64,000 bases of DNA from Macrostomum lignano (Eukaryota), in contig NIVC01000084.1 in assembly GCA_002269645.1 (NCBI GenBank), forward strand, positions 1-64,000, written 5' to 3'. Positions 60,918 to 64,000 of the stretch are shown in pieces (position 1 is the first letter of the stretch; each line of letters opens with the position of its first letter). A program made the translations under genes and the position numbers. The notes under the pieces are model-generated. The model had not been told where the DNA came from and did not search any database. It saw nothing but the letters and a program-made list of their open reading frames with translations.

Positions 60918-62704
60918 ATGGCTTCAATCAGCAGAACAAACGGCAATCAAAACGGCCTGGGCGTCTATGGAAGGACCATGAAAACCTCAGTAGACTTTGC
61001 TGAAGATTACTATCAGCCGGACAAATACGGTTTCAAGCTGCACGGAGCCCCTGAAAGCAACGGTTTTGGCGCTACAACCGAGCCAAAGAAGCGCAGCAAG
61101 CCCATTAAAGTGCACAGCCCGAAGGTTCGCACCGGCTGGGACAAGGCAGCCGTTGTGGCAAACGGTGAACGCTCGCGCAGCAGCGCCGTGAAAGCGAACT
61201 TCGACTACAGGCCAGAGAATGCCGAACGCACCGAGAAGCAGCAGCCAAGGGGCAGCGCCATCGACGGCAGGTTCGCCGAAATCCAGCGCAAGCAGACGCA
61301 CACTGAGATGGACAAAGTACTCAATCCGAGCAAGGAGCGCTTCTACCAGCCAGAGATGAATCCCAAGTGTCCGACCGAGGACAGCAAGGAGTTCTGCAGG
61401 CGCAACCAGAGAGGCACGTACGGATTCATGGAGCCACTCAGGGCCAATTACCCCACGGACGAACCCGGCAAGGTGCGCTGTCCATCCGCAGCGGCCCGGG
61501 AGAATCTGGAGAAGGGCCGCGGAATGGCTGGCCGGCTCATTCACCAAGAGGAGCGGTCGCGCACACCGCCGCCCAGCCTTCGCCTCGGCGCGTCGCAGGA
61601 GACCCGCGAGAACTACGACCGATCGCGCGGCGGCTGCATGTCGGCCGTGTTCAACCAGTCGGAGAACATTCGGGCCGGCGCGCAGGACCCGGCCCCGGCC
61701 GGTCGCGTGATCAAAGGCGAAGCGGCCGAACAGAACGCGTCTAGGAATCGCGGCCAAACTGCGCAGCTGTTTGCGCCCGGTCGCGGCGCTCAGCCGGATC
61801 CGCAGCCGGCGCCGCGCGTGCGGCCTGAGGCGCAGGAGACGGCGGCCAGAGAGGGTGCCGGGATGCGGGGCACCTTCTACGGCGGGCCGCAGACGGAGCC
61901 GCAGCCGGCGCCGAGGGTTCGGCTGGGCGGTGGCGAGGTGGCCAGCAAGCTGCAGGGTACACTGACTAGCGAGCAGTACAACTATCGGCAGATGCCGCCT
62001 GATCCGCCGCCTGCACCGAAAGTGCGACCTGAGGCTCAGGTACGTCTCTCTTTGAGGTGGTGTGAATTAAAAGACGTATTAAACCATACCTATGTAGGTA
62101 CGTGCACTTTTCGGAAGTGAGGCTTTGGTAGAAATTGCAGTTCCCTAGCAACAGATTAGACGGGCCAAATGCAAATTCTCAAATGGGCCTGCTGGGATGC
62201 TAATGCTCAAATGAGTTGATGTGATGCCAATGCTCAAGTGAGTTGATCGATGTGATGCCAATGCTCAAGTGAGTTGATCGATGTGATGCCAATGCTCAAA
62301 TGAGTTGATGTGATTCCAATGCTTAAATGAGGGCTGTTTAGATCCGAAAGTTCTACTAGAAAAATGTTCGAGTCAAAAATCTATTTTACATGTAAAAATA
62401 TACATTATACAATTGAGTCTAAATAAAGTTTTTGTCTCAAAAGGTTTTGCGTGGAAATTTTCGCAAAGTTTTCTTTCCTTTGTATCACACGCAGGAGTAC
62501 GCCAACAGGGAGCGAGCAGTGGTGACAAAGAACCTTCTGCAGAAGTACGGCCAGTTGCCATCGGACTTGCCGCCGAAGCCGCACGTGCCACCGCAGGCGT
62601 GGAACACGGCCTATAGATCGAGGGGCAGCGCCATGAAGGACTGCATCAATCCAAGCAAGCCGAGGCGAGTCCGGCGACACAGGAGGCCCGTTTCCGCGCA
62701 CTGA
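60918..62704 (+). CDS. uncharacterised repeat protein R2 (~443 aa, ~10 repeats), paralogue of R1; exons 60918-62039 and 62495-62704
   Basis: Phase-0 intron (CAG|GTACGT ... GCAG|GAG). Repeats include PQPAPRVRPEAQETA, PPAPKVRPEAQEYANR and EQNASRNRG. The start codon is uncertain. Confidence 0.85.
62140..62152 (+). promoter_or_regulatory. X-box (RFX-binding) motif in the R2 intron
   Basis: GTTCCC-T-AGCAAC fits GTYNCY-N(1-2)-RGNAAC. Confidence 0.5.
62197..62330. repeat. 28/31-bp minisatellite (GATGCCAATGCTCAAGTGAGTTGATCGATGT), ~5 copies, intronic
   Basis: Direct tandem repeats. Confidence 0.9.
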
Positions 62705-62864
62705 GCTGCGTTGGGATTCTAAGAAACGAGCTCCGTTTCTGTTTTTGATTAAACACGCGTGCATTGACAGCTAAATGGCTATGACGCTTTTATACTGCTT
62801 GCAGCGAGCGTAATAACAGGCAGACATATTAATCATCAAAGTTTGAATATGTATAACTGATTTG

Positions 62865-63120
62865 AGGGGTTCGAGCCTGGTGGTTGGGGCGTCGGACTCA
62901 CGACTGAAAGGTCGGGTGTTCGATTCTCGGAACAAATTGTATATTTGAGAAAGACAATTCAGTTCACCCAGCTGTAAAATTAGCATTATCTGGGGTAATT
63001 GAGGGTGTGTGTGGCAACCCCCCCTCAGTCCTTGGACTGAACAGCCGTACGCAGCCTTCAGATGCGCCGCGCAATAGCTGTGGCTGAGCTGTCGGTTGCA
63101 CATCTGCCTATTAGGGCAGG
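62865..63120 (+). mobile_element. CORE-like SINE (family 2), diverged copy with an internal deletion
   Basis: tRNA-like head; CAGTTCACCCAGCTGTAAAA and the 3' body are shared with 40620 and 51751. Confidence 0.85.
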
Positions 63121-63845
63121 TGTAATCAATTGTTATATTTATTACCAATTAATTTGAACTATTGACACATTTTGTGATCTAATTTATTCCCCAAATGATT
63201 AGATTTTCATTCTGGCTGAACGACATCAAGTCGGGACTTTCGGGATGCTAAAGGAAATTCGATGTCACTATATTAACTACTGCAAGTATAATATATGTAT
63301 TCTTTAATAGCATCAGATACGTCAGTAAAAGACCACTTAATATAGATTGTTTTTTAATCATTTTAACTAGTTTACAGTTGTTTTTGTGCCTTAGTTTTTT
63401 TCCTGCTCCGTCCGACCTTTTTAAAAATCCTCTTTACTAAAGAATGCTATTTGATTTTATTTAACTACAATTAACAAACTGGGTAACTTATTTTGTCATT
63501 TCTACTGTCAGAGTAGGTCTACCAAGGGGCTACGTTGGTTGACACTGTTTTTTTATGGCTTTAAATCCTTTATTTGCCCCCTCCTGCACTTTTGTCGGAA
63601 CCAAAACAACTCCGTCATATCCTTCATTGTTTAAATGTCTGCTTGTCGTGTCAGAAAATATATACATACGAGCTACATGTATGCTAATTTTATGTACACT
63701 GTAGCACACCCGTTATTAAATATTTGAACTGAGTACGTTGACCCGCGGCAGTTAGGTGACAAAACATAATCCTTTATTTTTAAGCATATGCGTATATTAG
63801 CTGCTAACCGCAACCAAATCGGCTTAATTTTCATGTGCTATGTGA

Positions 63846-64000
63846 AGGGGGCCGTAGCCCAGCGGTCTAGCGCAGGCTCTGGTGTGCCAGCGACCCAGGC
63901 TCGATTCCAAGTGCAGTCACATTAATTTGGGGCTGATTTGAAATCTCGGCTTGGCTCTGCTCGTGCAATTAGCGGCCTTGAGAGCCAACCCCCCAAGGCA
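63846..64000 (+). mobile_element. SINE family 1 head (runs off the window end)
   Basis: Near-identical reverse complement of 19585-19735. Confidence 0.92.

Overview
Eukaryotic (invertebrate animal) genomic DNA with GT-AG introns and dense, nested transposon debris. The style suggests a flatworm such as Macrostomum, but this is an inference only. No CRISPR array, rRNA or bona fide tRNA gene was found. Host-like genes, reconstructed by hand from splice sites and reading-frame phases: (1) a tandem family of four intact 3-exon genes on the minus strand, each encoding a signal peptide plus two 8-Cys WSC domains (12.4-15.1, 26.6-27.7, 37.1-38.8, 47.2-48.7 kb); (2) a 2-exon GT31 (beta-1,3-galactosyltransferase-like) gene (52.5-54.2 kb); (3) two head-to-head paralogous genes built from ~36-40 aa 'PRVRPEA...A.RNRG' repeats, with RFX/X-box-like sites (56.4-62.7 kb); (4) a 5-exon DUF4806/BEN-like gene facing away from a dead EnSpm/CMC-like transposase (21.3-24.6 kb). 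Mobile DNA: a Penelope-like element with a minimal hammerhead ribozyme; a young, internally deleted gag-protease-only LTR element; a decayed full-length Gypsy nested in a Ngaro/DIRS element; two further Gypsy fragments; RTE-like and RNase H-bearing LINE pieces; a 2A-peptide plus PHD LINE fragment; and two tRNA-derived SINE families, one CORE-like and one in which a copy has grown an ~830 bp minisatellite.
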